Shown here: in pieces, positions 1-14,797 of the stretch
Position numbering within the stretch: the stretch's first letter is position 1
How the letters are laid out: each line of letters begins with the position of its first letter
From: the human T2T-CHM13v2.0 reference genome, Homo sapiens
Assembly (NCBI RefSeq): GCF_009914755.1
Contig: NC_060928.1
Length of the DNA stretch: 64,000 bases
Strand: one strand, 5' to 3'
Made by a program: the position numbers and the translations under genes
Notes under the pieces: generated by a model
What the model was told of the DNA's origin: nothing
The model's input: only the letters and a program-made list of their open reading frames with translations
Database searches by the model: none

Positions 1-166
1 TTGGGCCTGTTGTCCCACCTACTTGGGAGGCCGGGGTGGGAGGATCGCTTGAGCCTGGGAGACAGAGGTTGCGGTGAGCTGAGATCATGCTACTACGTTC
101 CAGCCTGAACAACAGACCAAGACCCTGTCTCAAAAAGAAAAAAAAAAAGAAAGAAAAAGAAAAAAA
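1..166 (+). mobile_element. Alu right arm (AluJ-like), cut by the window start
   Basis: ggaggatcgcttgagcctggga...ccagcctgaacaacagaccaagaccctgtctc followed by an A-rich tail. Confidence 0.9.
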
Positions 167-2308
167 GTCCAGAGATACACTTTAGAAGAAAAAGAGGTTG
201 CATCTAATTGTAAAATCAGGGAACTTTCCGGAGAACCATGTTGTTTGGTGGCAGGAGGGATAGTAAGTAAGATCCTGTAGAGTTTTGGGGAAAATTAGGA
301 ATACTGTATGTAGGGTGCCTATTATAGTATCTGGAACACGGCAGGGGCCAGATAAATGACAGCTGATCATAGATGGAGTAGCTGACACGAACAGAGCCAT
401 AGGAAATGAGAGTCAGACATCCAGTGGGTGACAAAGGTGCAGAGTTTGAGAGCTGCTTTGGTTTGGATGCAGGTGTGGATGGGGAAATCACTATACCGTG
501 GGCTTTACCTGTCCTGTGCACCACTGTATCCTGCCACCCGGTGCGGGCTTGGTGTAGAGTGGGCACTTGGTCAGTATTTGGAGGGATAGAATGATTAACT
601 GATCAACTGAAAGAATGAGTGAATGGAGGAAGGGAATGTAGTTTAGGACTACGTGGCGGACTCCCTTAAATGTCAAGCTGATAATCCTTACTTAAGTTAG
701 CAGACATGAAGCATTTTAAGTCGACGGTGTTCTGAAAACTTTAAAACAAAGCCAGCATGCTTTCCCCAGAGCAGTTCTAATGATAGTGGTAGCCGGAGCA
801 GTTCAAGGCTGTTTGTTAACTGTCCACAAAGAGCTAAATAAAGAAATGAAGAATAAGCATTCAGAAATTTTGATTTCTGATCAGATTTTGATTCAGATTT
901 TGAATCTGATAGAGCAAAACTCAGACTTGCATTTTGTATTTTTTGTATTGTCAAATTTCTAATAACGTTACTTTTTAGCATATTTTACAACGGTCAGCAT
1001 GGATTGGTAGCTAGAAACAAAGAAAACTGTGCTCAGCCCCAGGTAGTTTGAGAAGCACTAACCTCAAGGATGGATCCCAGATGGTGTTTCCAGGTCCACG
1101 CCAGTCCGAGGCTCACAAGTCCTGTGTGCTCAGCTGACTGAAAGAGTTCCCTGCCTCCTAGAGGCTCCTGTGTTCTGAAGCATCAGCAGAAGAAAACCCC
1201 TTGTTGCTTAGCCTTCGGTGGGACTTCATGGACATGCAGTTTCAGTCTTCGCGGCTTCACTCACACCTGCTGCGTGCAGTGAGGCCTTCTGCCATTCATT
1301 CTACCTGTTGGTAACAAAGCCTACAACTCATTGCGTCCCCTGTGCATGGGAAGACAAGCAGACCACCCAGGAGGCTGCAGTGCTGGTCCACGGACCGTGC
1401 CTGGCGGTGGCATTCACTCTCCAGGGAGCTCTCCTCCCTGGAGCCGAGATCTCAGCCAAGAGATGGCAGCCAGGTCATCCTTCCTGGGATCGCCAATTGA
1501 TGGTAGCAGCTGGGTGACCCTCACTCTTAAGTGCTTCGGCTCTGCTTAGTGATCTTCCTCCAGCTGTGATCACCTGAACACACTGAGAAGAAACAAGGAG
1601 TCACTGCTCCCCAGGAGACCTGAGGAAGCCAAATACAGAGACTCCAAAGTCTTCTCCTCTCCCTAAGAGTCTCTCTGTCACCACACGTGACTACAATAAG
1701 ATACCAAACAATGAGGTGAGTTTTCCAGACTCTTTTGGTTGCAAGTGACAGAAAACGCAACCCCAAAGGGTGCAAAAAAAGCGCATTTACTCATATGATT
1801 AAAAACTCCAGAGTCACGATCATTTTTTATTGTCACGATCAAACGTGAAATGAAAAAAGTAATTATATCCTTGTCAGTGGTCTTAAAATGTCCACATTTT
1901 TTCACTTCTGAGACTGTTTCATAAATTGATAATCTTGTTTTTTTTTTAAAAAAGCTTTGTGTACAAAGATGTTCATCACAGAATACTAACAACAATTTGG
2001 AAACAATTTAAGTCTAGAACTATGGTAAATGTGTTTGATGATCTATGAGAGAGTCATTTAAAATTATGTTTAAATCTTACTTGTACATATTTTCTTTTAA
2101 AATATTTTTAAATAAGTATGTATTATTTATAATGATGTGCATATATCCTAACTACTCCTAAAAGTATGTTTACATGTACATGTGTGTGTTGTACGGTGTT
2201 AGGCATCTCAAAACATTACCAAATACTTGTTCATTCATTAACCTATCTACTTCTTAAACATTTACTGTGTTTAATCAATCTCAAAATTGATTGATGAAAA
2301 TCAACCTA

Positions 2309-2672
<364 letters not shown>

Positions 2673-2779
2673 TAAATCAACCTTAAAAAAATCAGTAAAA
2701 CGAATTATACCCAGAGCCTTCAAGAAAGAGTCATGCTGGGTATCCTAGATAGTCACAGGCTTGACCTGCCCTGGTAGAC

Positions 2780-3305
2780 ATTTTTCAGCTCTCTCTGCCC
2801 AACATCTTTTTCCCTCGCTCATGGACACATCTACTTCTACCCTCCACTCCCACTTTTGCTCATCCCTGGCCCATTCTATCTCCCTGCTTGGGTGGAGCTG
2901 ACTTCACCCCATGCTCCAGGAGGAAGCATGTGGTCCAAGTTTGGCCAATCAGAATACTGCGCAGACTCCTGCCCACATGGATTGGATCCAGGATGAGCAT
3001 GTGACTCAAACCAAGCTAATCAGGTCTAGCTAGAGTTAATGTTCCCTGCTGGCTTTGTGGTTGACTGGAGGAGCTCTTGTTTACCAAAATTTGGAGCTGT
3101 TGGCAGCTATCTTGCCACCATGAGGGCACAGCTAGTTTGAGACTAACATCAAAGTAGAAGGGAGATAGAAGCTGGGTCCTGATGTTATTCAGGCCTCCTG
3201 GATTCACTCGTGTCTGAAGCAAAGATATCTCTGAATTTAAAAACAAAGTCAAAAAGTCCCTTTTTGTACCAATTTGGATTTTTTGTCACTTGCAATCAAA
3301 AAATT
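2780..3305 (+). mobile_element. Old MaLR LTR (MLT1J/K/L-like)
   Basis: catgtggtccaagtttggccaatcaga, catgtgactcaaaccaagctaatcag, ending tttgtcacttgcaatcaaa. Confidence 0.6.
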
Positions 3306-3315
3306 ATTGACAGGT

Positions 3316-3704
3316 GTCTTAGTTCATGTTGTGCTGCTATAACAGAATGCCTGAGACTGGGTAATTTATAATGAACAGAAATTAATTTGGCTCACAGTTC
3401 TGAAGGTTGGGAAGTCCAAGATTGAGGGGCCAGCATCTGGTGAAGCCCCTGTGCTGTATCATCCCATGGTGAAGGCAAAAGGGCAAGAGAATTTGGGTGG
3501 GGGACAGGGAAGGGGGCCAAACTCATCATTTTATGAGGAACCCACTCCCAAGATAACTAGCCCGCTCCCATGATAATGACATTAATCCATTCATGAGGGC
3601 TCTGCCTAATCACCTCTTAAAAGGTCCCACCTCTCAACGCTGTTGCACTGGGGATTGAGTTTCCAACACATGAACCCTAGGAGGCACATTCAATACACAG
3701 CAAC
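3316..3704 (-). mobile_element. MaLR solo LTR (MST-type)
   Basis: tgtcttagtt...gctgctataacagaatgcctgagactgggtaatttata...ctcacagttctg...cattcaatacacagcaaca. Confidence 0.85.
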
Positions 3705-5292
3705 AAGGCATCTCCATTTTATATTTTATTTTAACTATTTTTCTGAAATGTAATCCACATGGCATATCTACCTTAAATAAAAGATGTTAAATATAATTTA
3801 GTCTTCTCTTTATGACTTGGGCTTATTGTTATTGTACAGTGTGCCTAAGGGCTGTTGAGGTGGGTCAGACAGTTACCCCTTCATTCTGTGCTGGGGTACA
3901 TTTCTGTGCTTGTGAAATTTCTGGCTTTTCTGGTTTTCTTATCTCTGCCCTGTCTCACAGCTGTAGGGAGCAGATTCTGACTTTCTCTGATTTGCTCTTT
4001 CTAGTCTGCAGTGAGATTGGAAAGCAGTTGGCCAAAATGCTGGAATCTGGCATCAAATGAAAGCAAATGCTTTTAATGCGGGTTTAGAGGCTCTGGTATG
4101 GGTAAACTACAATGTTTTTGTGATGTTTTGGCTGCCTTGAGGTTTTTTGGTATTTGCTTTCTGTTTCTGCATTGTTCTGGATAGATGAGGTTTCCTGATG
4201 TTTCTGTTGGTTGAGTTTTTTTATTTTTTTTTGTTTTTTTTTTTACCCTAACAAGATTTTCACCACTAATGGATTGTGCAGTGTGAACAAAACAGCTAGG
4301 GTTGAAATGTTTTATAACTTGGCAAAGTTATTCAGTTTTCTTCAAAGAAGGAAGAGTAACCCACAGCAGTTCTCTGAACATCAGGCTAATCTTTCACTTG
4401 TTTTTTACTTTCCTAAAACATCCCCTTTATTTTTCAACGTCTAATATAGCATACACTGTCTTGCAAGGGGAGAAAAAGCATAGTTGTATCAGAGGAAGCA
4501 GTCCGCTTAAGGCAGATGTGGAATCAATTTGGGCAAATGCAAGTTGCCAGCGTCTGTACTTTTCTGCTAGTATCTGTGCCCTGGAAAACATCGGAGCCAC
4601 TTAAGCCTCATAAACGCGATGCTGGTAAACATGTATAAGGGGCACACAGCTTGCCACCTTTGCTGGGTTGAGTGAAAACCCAAAGGGGCACACTCCCTCT
4701 GAGCAGCCCTAATGAAGACAACTGTGTTTAGAAAAAAATAATAACCAACGTCTGGTTTTGAAATTACTAGGAAAATGGCAGCTCTGGTGATTCATCTTGT
4801 GAAATAAGCAAAATCTGCTTTCTAAGATGGATTTTTTTTATTTTTATTTTTCCTCTCCCTCGATATGGACTCACATTACAGACATAAAATGCCTGAGCAC
4901 AAAACCATTCTTTGGTTTTTATAATCAAGAGAGCAGCACTGGTTTTTGATGGTCTCTGCCCTTTGAAAGTTAGGTCCGTGGGTTGTGGAATAAGTTAGGT
5001 AGTAGACTGAGAATCCCCAAAGGGTTGCTTCTGTTTCTTCAATGACTAAATGTGTGACTCGTTGTTCAGTTTCAGCTCCCCATTAACTCTGCACCAGCTC
5101 TTGCCAATCACAGTGGTTTTCAGGGACAATGTGAGTAATTGCAGGGAGTGAGTGTCAGAGGCCTTGCTACAGCTGGTCCCCAAGGCCCTGGCCTCCTGGA
5201 TGTGTTTTCAGTAAAGGAACAGGAAGACAAATGAGAGCAGTTGCTTCTCTAGTCTCTAGAATCGCCTAACACGATCACACAAATATGGTAGG

Positions 5293-5662
5293 TATTAGGG
5301 GCTGAATTGTGTCCCCTCAAAATCCCTATGAATGTGACTATATTTGGAGATAGGGTCTTTAGAGAGGTAATTAAGAAAAGAAAAAAAAAAAAACAAGGTC
5401 ATTAGGGTGGGCCCAAATCCAATGACTGGCGTCCTTATATGAAAAGAAAATTAGGACGCAAACACACAGAGGGATGACTGTGTGAAGACATAGAGATAAG
5501 ACAGCCATCTACAAGCCAAGGAGAAAGACCTGAGAAGAAACCAACCCTGCCAATACCTTGATTTTAGACTTCCAGCCTCCAGAATTGTGAGAAAGTAAAT
5601 TTCCATCGTTGAAGCTACCCCAGTGGTGGTTCTTTGTCATGGCAGCCCTAGCAAAGGAGTAA
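5293..5662 (+). mobile_element. MaLR solo LTR (MLT1B/A0-like)
   Basis: gggctgaattgtgtcccctcaaaat...gacttccagcctccagaattgtgaga...tttgtcatggcagccctagcaaa. Confidence 0.85.
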
Positions 5663-5835
5663 GTAGGTGCATGGCAATGTCTGTTGGTAACACAATCACA
5701 ACACAACGTAGCCATGCCATTTCATGGGAAATGAACACTATACACTTATAAAAAGCCAAAGGGGGAAGTGATCCCTCAAAGCTGGTAAGATCAGAGGAAG
5801 CCATTTGTGGAGGAAAAATTTTAAATTGGTCTGGA

Positions 5836-6113
5836 GGCCAGGCGCAGTGGTTCATGCCAGTAATCCCAGGTGGGAGGATCGCTTGAGCCCAGGAATTGAA
5901 GACCAGCCTGGGCAACATGGCGAGACCCTGTCTCTACAAAAAATAAAAAAAAATTAGCTGGTGTGGTGGTGCATGCCTGTAGTCCCAGCTACTTAGGAGG
6001 CTGAGGTGGGAGGATTACTTGAGCTCAGGAGGTTGAGGCCGCAGTGAGCCATGGTCATGCAGCTGCACTCCAGCCTGAGTGACAGAGTGAAACTCTGTCT
6101 TAAAAAAATAAAA
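5836..6113 (+). mobile_element. AluJ with a small left-arm deletion
   Basis: ggaggatcgcttgagcccagg J-type motif, two arms, A tail. Confidence 0.9.
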
Positions 6114-6359
6114 GGCCTGGAAATAATTGTAGTGTTTAGCTAGGTGAAGAGAAAAGAGTGTCCTACAAGGATTGAAGATGGACAGAGGGATGGAGAGGTG
6201 CAGGAAGGCACTAATGGTGTTCTGAGGGCCATGCGTAGATACGCTGGGCTGACGTTTCCTTCACAGGTTTATCTCTGCCCACCTTCCCACAAGGGTAAAC
6301 CTGAGGAAGACGTTCAGCCTCTAGCTAATGCCATCGTCCTACGAGACAAAGAGATTTTA

Positions 6360-6840
<481 letters not shown>

Positions 6841-7019
6841 CCTTTCCTTCCCTTCCTTCCTTTACTCAAAAGAAAATAAAATGAGGATAACGCCTCCCCA
6901 CTCCACACCCCTCTTTGAAGAGTCCATGAGCAATAGGGGAGGAGCACCCGGTGACTGGTACATGGGTGCGAGGGACGCTGGCTACACCCAGTCCCGGCAA
7001 GTGGTGACTCCCTCCCACC

Positions 7020-8432
7020 TTCAGCTCAGGCTAAAATCCTCACATCATCCTTTTTCTGCTTTTCCTCACACCTAAGGGCCAATCTGGCAGGAATCCAGGG
7101 GCCTCTACCATCCGAATCCACACACTGAAGCCTTCTCATCACCTCCACCATTATCCTCGCCACCTAAGCCCCCGGCTGCTCTCGCCTGGATTTCGACAAC
7201 AGCCTCCCGACAGAACTGTGCTTCTACTTTGTCTGTCCCTGTAATCGACAGAATTCTGTCATGGCCCTGTGTCTTGGCCTCCCTGAGTGTAGGGAGAACT
7301 TTTAAATCCCATGAATGTTCCATCCATGATTAAGTTACTAATCGGCTGACTTTGAGGAATATCCTGGTTGGTCTCTGCCTAGTCAGGTGAGCCCTTCAAA
7401 GGGACTCGGTCTTTTCTGAAGGAAGAGATTTGAGCTATAAGAGGAATTCCGTTAGCCTTGTTAACTGTCTATGGAGGGGACCACATGGCAACGACCTGAA
7501 AGTGGCCTCTAGGATCTTAGAGCCATCCTCAGACAGCAGCTGGCAAGAAAATGGGATCTCAGTCCTACAGCCACAAGGGATTGGATTCTGCCAACAGCCA
7601 GTGAGCTTGGGAGAGGATCTTGAGCCTTAATTTCAGTCTGGAGAGGCCTTGAGCAAGGACCCAGCTAACCCATGCCTGGACTACTGACGCAGGAAACTAA
7701 AACAATGAATTTATTATATAGTATGCTGCTAGCCCAGTGGTAATTTGTTATGCAGTATGGATTACTCACACATCCCACTTCAGCCCATTCTGTGCACAGT
7801 AGTAAGAGAGATCCTGTTAGAACACAAGGCAGATCCTGTCTCTTTTCCTCCCAGAAGCCTTCAATGTCTTCCATTGCCCTTGCAAGAAAAGCCAAAGGCT
7901 CAGAACATCTTCCATGATCTGAGCTCTACCATCTCTGACTTCAGATCCTATTACTGTCTCTTGTTCTCCCTGCTCAGGATGCAATGGCCTCTGGACTACT
8001 CCAGAAATTCATCCAGCATGCACATTTCCCCTCAAGGAGTTCGTTCTCTGCATCTGGAGTTCTCTTCTGCAGATCTCCCCACAGCTCATTCCATTACCTC
8101 CTTCAAATCTGTTCTCCAAGAGGCTCCTTAATCACCATATTTAAAATGGTATTTAAATTTAAATCACCATAGTTAAATGCCCTCAATCCGGAAACTGCCA
8201 CTCCTGATTCCCTCAACCTCTTATAGTACTGTATAGTTTACATATTTAATGTGAACATTATTCTGTAACACTGTATAATTCACTTATTTATTGTGTATAT
8301 TACTGTTTCTTTCTTCAGCTGTTAAAATGTACATCCCACAAGTTCAGGAATCCATGTCTCTTCTGTTCATTGGTGTATCCAAGACATCAGAACAGAGCTT
8401 GGTATTCAATACTTGTTGAATGAATGGATAGA
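7020..8432 (+). mobile_element. L2 3' portion, interrupted by an MLT1 LTR
   Basis: L2-like pyrimidine-rich body; typical 3' end tcaatacttgttgaatgaatgg. Confidence 0.7.
7240..7771 (+). mobile_element. MaLR LTR (MLT1E/F-like) nested in L2
   Basis: tgtaatcgacagaattctg...cagtcctacagccacaagg...gtggtaatttgttatgcag. Confidence 0.75.
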
Positions 8433-8479
8433 TACTCATCATGAATTTTATCAGTGAGATGTTTTCTGTTTAGACTCTC

Positions 8480-8881
8480 TGGAAAATGTTATTGATGTCC
8501 CACCCACATCCCCTCCACCTACCCTGGAGGTCATCTAGGGGTAGGTAGAGGGGATGTGAGTAGGACATCACCCACCAAGAAGATGCATCCTGGGTCTCTC
8601 ACCATGTACTCATAGGGCAGGTCAGAATTGCTGGGGAGTTAACCCCAAGTGACAACCTTCAACCAGCTGGGATGGAATTTGATGGAGGAACACCCCAGCT
8701 TCCTTGCCCCTTGTGGGACTGAGCCCCAGTTGTGCACAGCGGCAGTCCTCTGACTTAACTGACTTTCTCCCCTTTCCTGTCCCTCCTCCACCTTTCTGCA
8801 TCACCTCCCAAGTAAACAACATGGAACTCCAGCCTTGTTTCAGGCTCTGCCTTCAGCTCAAAGGCACCCAGACCAAGCTAG
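8480..8881 (+). mobile_element. ERVL LTR (LTR16-like) containing a fold-back hairpin
   Basis: gggagttaaccccaagtgacaaccttcaacc...cacctcccaagtaaac...ccttgtttcaggctctgc. Confidence 0.65.
8493..8570. repeat. Inverted repeat, ~36-bp arms, 5-nt loop
   Basis: tgatgtcccacccacatcccctccacctaccctgga vs the reverse complement of tctaggggtaggtagaggggatgtgagtaggacatca. Confidence 0.95.
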
Positions 8882-9384
8882 TCTCCTGGTTTGAAGTATT
8901 AGGATTGCAAGCCACGTTCTTAGAACTAGGCTTTAAGATTGACTAGTAGGTGAAACCTCAAATATTTACCCTGAGGAAGCTTGCAGGGTTCACTCACTTA
9001 AGAATTTTAGAACCAGAGGGACTATAGAACTCTCTTCGCCCAGTAGATCTCAAGACATCTTGGGGTGGGGTGGGTTATGAATGGTGTTCCTTCAAGGTAG
9101 TAGGGATATCTAAAAACTGTTCTCAATATTCTGAAAGGCTGAGGGAAATCATCCATTTGCCTATGACAAAACTGTGTGGGCTAAATGTTAAAATTCACTG
9201 TTTTGGGTTGGAGGCATATCACCTTCTTGTAGTATATTATTCTGATCAAAAGCTATTACAGTGGTGGATGTGTGATTAATTTTTACGAAGAAGCAAGACA
9301 GTGTGTTAATTAATCAAAGGCACTGGTGTTTGAAGGAATCTATAAGCAGAAACTTTCTGTGTAAGCACATTTAGAAACCGCTAA

Positions 9385-9520
9385 ACTAATCCAATCCCAT
9401 CATTCTACACAGGAGGCATCTGAGGCTGGGAAAGGCCAAGGGGCTTGGCCAAGGCCAATGGGCTGGGAGTGAAGGATGAGGCTAGAACTTGGACCTCAAG
9501 ACTCTCAGTTTCATGTTCTC
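9385..9520 (-). mobile_element. MIR fragment
   Basis: cccatcattctacacaggaggcatctgaggct...cttggccaaggcca...ctagaacttgg. Confidence 0.6.
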
Positions 9521-9934
9521 ACTTTACACTGGAATGGAATGACATACTTTGGGGAATATGGGATTGTTGTTTCATCTGGAGAATATTTTGATAAAGCCAA
9601 AATTTTCCTTAAAAAGCACAGTGAATAGGATTTTATCCATTAGAAGATAAATTAGCTGCAATGAAAAAATGCTGAGTATTTACAACACCAAAAGAGCTTC
9701 TCTGTGGGAAACAGCTGTGTGGTATATGAAGAATAGTATGAAAGACATATTCACTCATTCTGGAAGCAGTGTGATGTAATTACACGCCAAGCATGGGACC
9801 TGGCATGTAGTAGATTCTTAGTGCCTAATTCTTCCATCATGGACCAATCTCATGTCCCCTTCTGGACCTCTTTCTCCTAATGTGTAAAGAGTGAGGGAGG
9901 AGAGGTCTTGATCTACTGGGAAGACCCCATATCA

Positions 9935-10060
9935 AGTCTCAACTTTGCCATGGGATCTTGGGTAAGTCCCTCCATCACCCTGAGCCTTGGTTTCCACATC
10001 TGTAAATAGGGGATTGATTATAAGCTCTCTATAATCCCTTTTAGCTAACAATTCCAAGTC
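9935..10060 (+). mobile_element. MIR/MIR3 fragment
   Basis: gatcttgggtaagtccc...ctgagccttggtttccacatctgtaaatagggg. Confidence 0.65.
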
Positions 10061-10651
10061 TCATGGCCTAGATGTTCCCACATATCCCTTCCAGCTCTCA
10101 CAACTTCTGATTTTATTGCATTTGGAATTGATTTGTTTTTGAGATTGATTTTTTTTAACCTAAGTAAAAATAAAATGACATCTTCCTTTCAGTCTAGCTA
10201 ATCCTAAGCAAGCAGCTCAGGGAAGAGCAAAGAAGTGTCAACTAGACAAATAGAAGTGAGGGCAGCCTCAGCAGGGGATGTTCTAAAGCCTGTTTCCTTT
10301 CAGCCAAAGGTGATCCCTGGGCAATTACTCTCATCCATATGACAGCAGGTAGGAAAGAAAGATCAGGGCCTTGCTCTGACAAATCCAGGAAAGGTTATGA
10401 GCAAGGGGATGTTCAAACATGGACTCCTTCAAAGCCTAGTTCTTAGCTTCCCTTTTGAAGGGATAAGATTGTTTCAGGGGGTGTGCTGTTCTGACCATGG
10501 TCTTTCCAGAACTCTTAGCAGGACCTCATGTCACCACAGCCACCTGGTCTCTCTCCTGGTGGGTGTTCCAGGGGCATAAGCTTTTGAAAGAATGTTACCT
10601 ACAGTAAACTCTGCATTAAATCAAGATTTAATTCTTGATCTGTTTTGCAAC

Positions 10652-10715
10652 ATATGTGTGCATATATATATGTGTGTGTGTGTATATATATGTACATATA
10701 TATATATATTTATAT
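10652..10715. repeat. (TA)n/(TG)n compound microsatellite
   Basis: Direct reading. Confidence 0.9.
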
Positions 10716-10744
10716 GAGGATATGCTGATAAAACAATGCAATTG

Positions 10745-11010
10745 ATTTCTGTTTTAAGCAGAACTTTTAGAAGTTATACATCCACATGATCAGGCACCCC
10801 AGACAGGCAGGTACATACACTGGCAAGGCCACCCCGGTGAGATAATTTTTAGAATTCCTCTCTCAGACTTGCTTTCAGAATTGAAGGCACAGTTTTTGGA
10901 CTTTCCTGAATGACAGAGAATCAAGGTTTTTCAGGGGTGAATTTGAGTTTTGAAAGTAGCTTTAAGTCATTTAGAGCAAAGATTTGTGTATAAGGTGGGT
11001 TCTCTGGCTG
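10745..11010. mobile_element. Mariner-type fossil (MARNA-like)
   Basis: ggggtgaatttgagttttgaaagtagctttaagtcatttagagcaaagatttgtgtataaggtgggt resembles recalled MARNA sequence. Confidence 0.5.
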
Positions 11011-11059
11011 TTTAAAAACAGGCAGGAGAATTCTGCCTGATATATGGGGATGGAATGAG

Positions 11060-12232
11060 AAAATTAGAAAATCACCATTTTGCAACTTCTAAAGAAACAA
11101 TTGATCCAGACAGTGATCATCGATGAACACGTTAGATGAAAGGTTAATGAGGAACTTGACCTCAGAGGGATCAAGCTGTCACTACCTGAAACGATGATCA
11201 ATCTTAGCATCACTGAAAATAGGACATTGTATGTCTCCTGCTGTAATGCAATATGTAGCACAAAGTCCCACCCGGAGGTGTTTCTGCCAAAAATGCCAAT
11301 TGTGCTCCTAGAGCTGGCTTCCATTCACAGGGAATATGGAGGAATGGGGGAGCAGTAAAATGACTTGAATGTCACATCAAAGAGGCAAAGACACAAATCC
11401 AGAGTGTGGGAAATTTTCCAGGACAACAGACCCAATTTCTCTAAGTCAGTGGCGTGAAATAAAGATGGCATTGGGGCTATTCAGGATTAAAAGAATGAAG
11501 AGTTGTAACTACCAAATGGAACATATAGGTCTTTATTTTTTTTTAAAAAAACCAGCTGTAAAAGGAATTTTAACTTTTTTATTTGTTTGTTTTTGAGGAG
11601 TCTCACTCTGTTGCCTAGGCTGGAGTATACTGGTGTAATCTCGGCTCACTGTGACCTCTGCCTCCTGGGTTCAAGCAATTCTCCTGCCTCAGCCTCCTGC
11701 ATAGCTGGGATTACAGGCATGCGCCATCACACCCGGCTAATTTTTGTATTTTTAGTAGACATGGGGTTTCACCATGTTGACCAGGCTGGTCTTGAACTCC
11801 TCACCTCAGGTGATCCCCACCATGGCTTCCCAAAGTGCTGGGATTATGGGCGTGAGCCACCGCTCCCAGCCTGGAATTTTTGCTTTTGAGGCAATTAGGA
11901 AATTTGTGTATGAACCAGGCATAAGACAATATTAAAGAATTATTGTGCATTTTGTTAGGTGCAGTCATGACTTTGTGGTTTTATGAAGACAATATTCACA
12001 TGTTTTAGAGCTGCATATTGAAAAATGCAGGGATGAAATGACCTGATGCCTGGGATTTGCCTTAAAATACAAGAGCCATGAAAAAGAAATAAGGAGAACT
12101 TTTAAATGGATAAAGATAAAGTAAATGTCACAGATTCTTGATAATTATTGTATCTGGGTGATAGGTAAATGGGGCTCCATACCACCAGTCACCCTATTTG
12201 GGGCAGAAATTTTTAAAAAATAAAAAATAAAA
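11060..12232 (+). mobile_element. Old L1 3' UTR (L1MC/ME-type), interrupted by an Alu
   Basis: aaaatcaccattttgcaac...gatgcctgggatttgccttaaaata...ttgataattattgtatctgggtgatagg. Confidence 0.7.
11576..11871 (-). mobile_element. AluS
   Basis: Reverse Alu, both arms; ggaatttt flanks. Confidence 0.95.
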
Positions 12233-12305
12233 AGAGAAGTAGCAGGGACTTAAAAGCTGGTCATTCTGAAGGTGGGCATCAGAGCACAGGCCCATGATGG
12301 TCCCT

Positions 12306-12619
12306 TGTCTTAGTCCATTCCTGCTGCTTCACAAAATAACTGAGGCTGGGCAATTTGTATGAGCAGAAATTTATTCCTTACAGTTCTGGAGGCTGGGAAG
12401 TCCAAAATCAAAGCACCAGCAGATTTGGTGTCTACTGAGGACACTCTGCTTTCAAGATGGCACCTTGTTACTGCACCCTCACATGGTGGAAGGCAGAAGG
12501 GCAAAAGGGCATAAACTAGTTCCCTCCAGCTCTTTTTAAGATCACTAATCCCATTAGATACCACACGGGGTTTGAGTTCCAACATGAATTTTGGATGGAC
12601 ACACACATTCAAACCACTG
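12306..12619 (-). mobile_element. MaLR LTR (MSTD/MLT1A-like)
   Basis: tgtcttagtccattcctgctgct...cagttctggaggctgggaagtccaaaatcaaagc...cacattcaaacca. Confidence 0.85.
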
Positions 12620-13252
12620 AACCCCCTTTACATGAATTAATAAATATATCTTTACAAGGGAAAGAAAAGGAGAAGAAGAGGTGGAGAAAGGAAAGGAAGT
12701 AGGCAGAGGAGGAGAAGGAGGGGGAAAAAGGAGAAGAATGAGACACATCTGTACATATACCAGTATCTAATGATCTCTAGGAGACAGAATAATGGGTTTA
12801 GAATGCTACCATTTAGGTAAAAGAAAAAAAAAGGTAGGGAAGAGGGGGTAAATCTACCTTTCTCTGGAAAGATGCAAAAGAAATCAGCAGTTATCACAGA
12901 GGAGAGAAGCTGGTAGCTGGGCTGGGGTAGGAGGGACGTTGACTTTTATGCCATATACTGTTTTATACCTTATAAATTTTGCACAATATGTATGTATTAC
13001 CTCTTTAAAAATGCAATTTTAAAGAAAAACAAAACAACAAATGAAAAGAGCTGGGCATTCATTCCTCTATTGGTACTCAGGGCATTTCTAGTCTAGATCA
13101 GGTCCTAAGCTTTGAAAGATTTTAGGTTTGTTGAGGGGATGTTCACCTCATTTATACCTTTCTTTTTCAGGAAACTCCTCTCACAGAAAGTGTGTGCTGA
13201 AGGGACGGACCCAGGTGGCACCATTCTACACCCAAACTGTGGCTTGGCGTAT

Positions 13253-13600
13253 GGTTAATGGCCCACCCTATTCCAGTATAGCTTCACGAATTACATCTGC
13301 AACCACCCTGTTTCCAAATAAGCGCTCACTCTGAGGTACTCAGGGTTAGGACTTTAACATATCTGGGGGGGGAGTACATTTCAACCCATCACAAAGAGCA
13401 ATACTTTGTTGAACTAGAGAACTAAAAAAATGTATTATCTAACCATAATATAGCAGAAACTCACATTGGAGAAAGACTCAGCAATCGTAAAGCTGCAGCC
13501 TCTCTAAGCCTAGTAGTTTAAGGGTCTAGGAGTCAGAAGGATCAATGAAACTAGGAGATGAAGGCCAAAGGAACGCTCGATGAGCCCACTGTGAGGCTGG
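13253..13600 (+). repeat. Dispersed direct copy of 15777-16123 (MLT1C end plus flank)
   Basis: About 348 bp colinear, ~88-89% identical by hand count. Confidence 0.95.
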
Positions 13601-13754
13601 TTAAGGCTGAATGGAGGAACCAGTCTCCTCAAGGCCAGGAGCCACCAGGATTTTCATATTTTAATTCTTTCTTTCTCTCTCTCCACTTGCACACACATGT
13701 GCACACGCATATTGGTCACATGTTTTTTCTTTCTTTGAAAAAAATTTAAAATTG

Positions 13755-14797
<1,043 letters not shown>

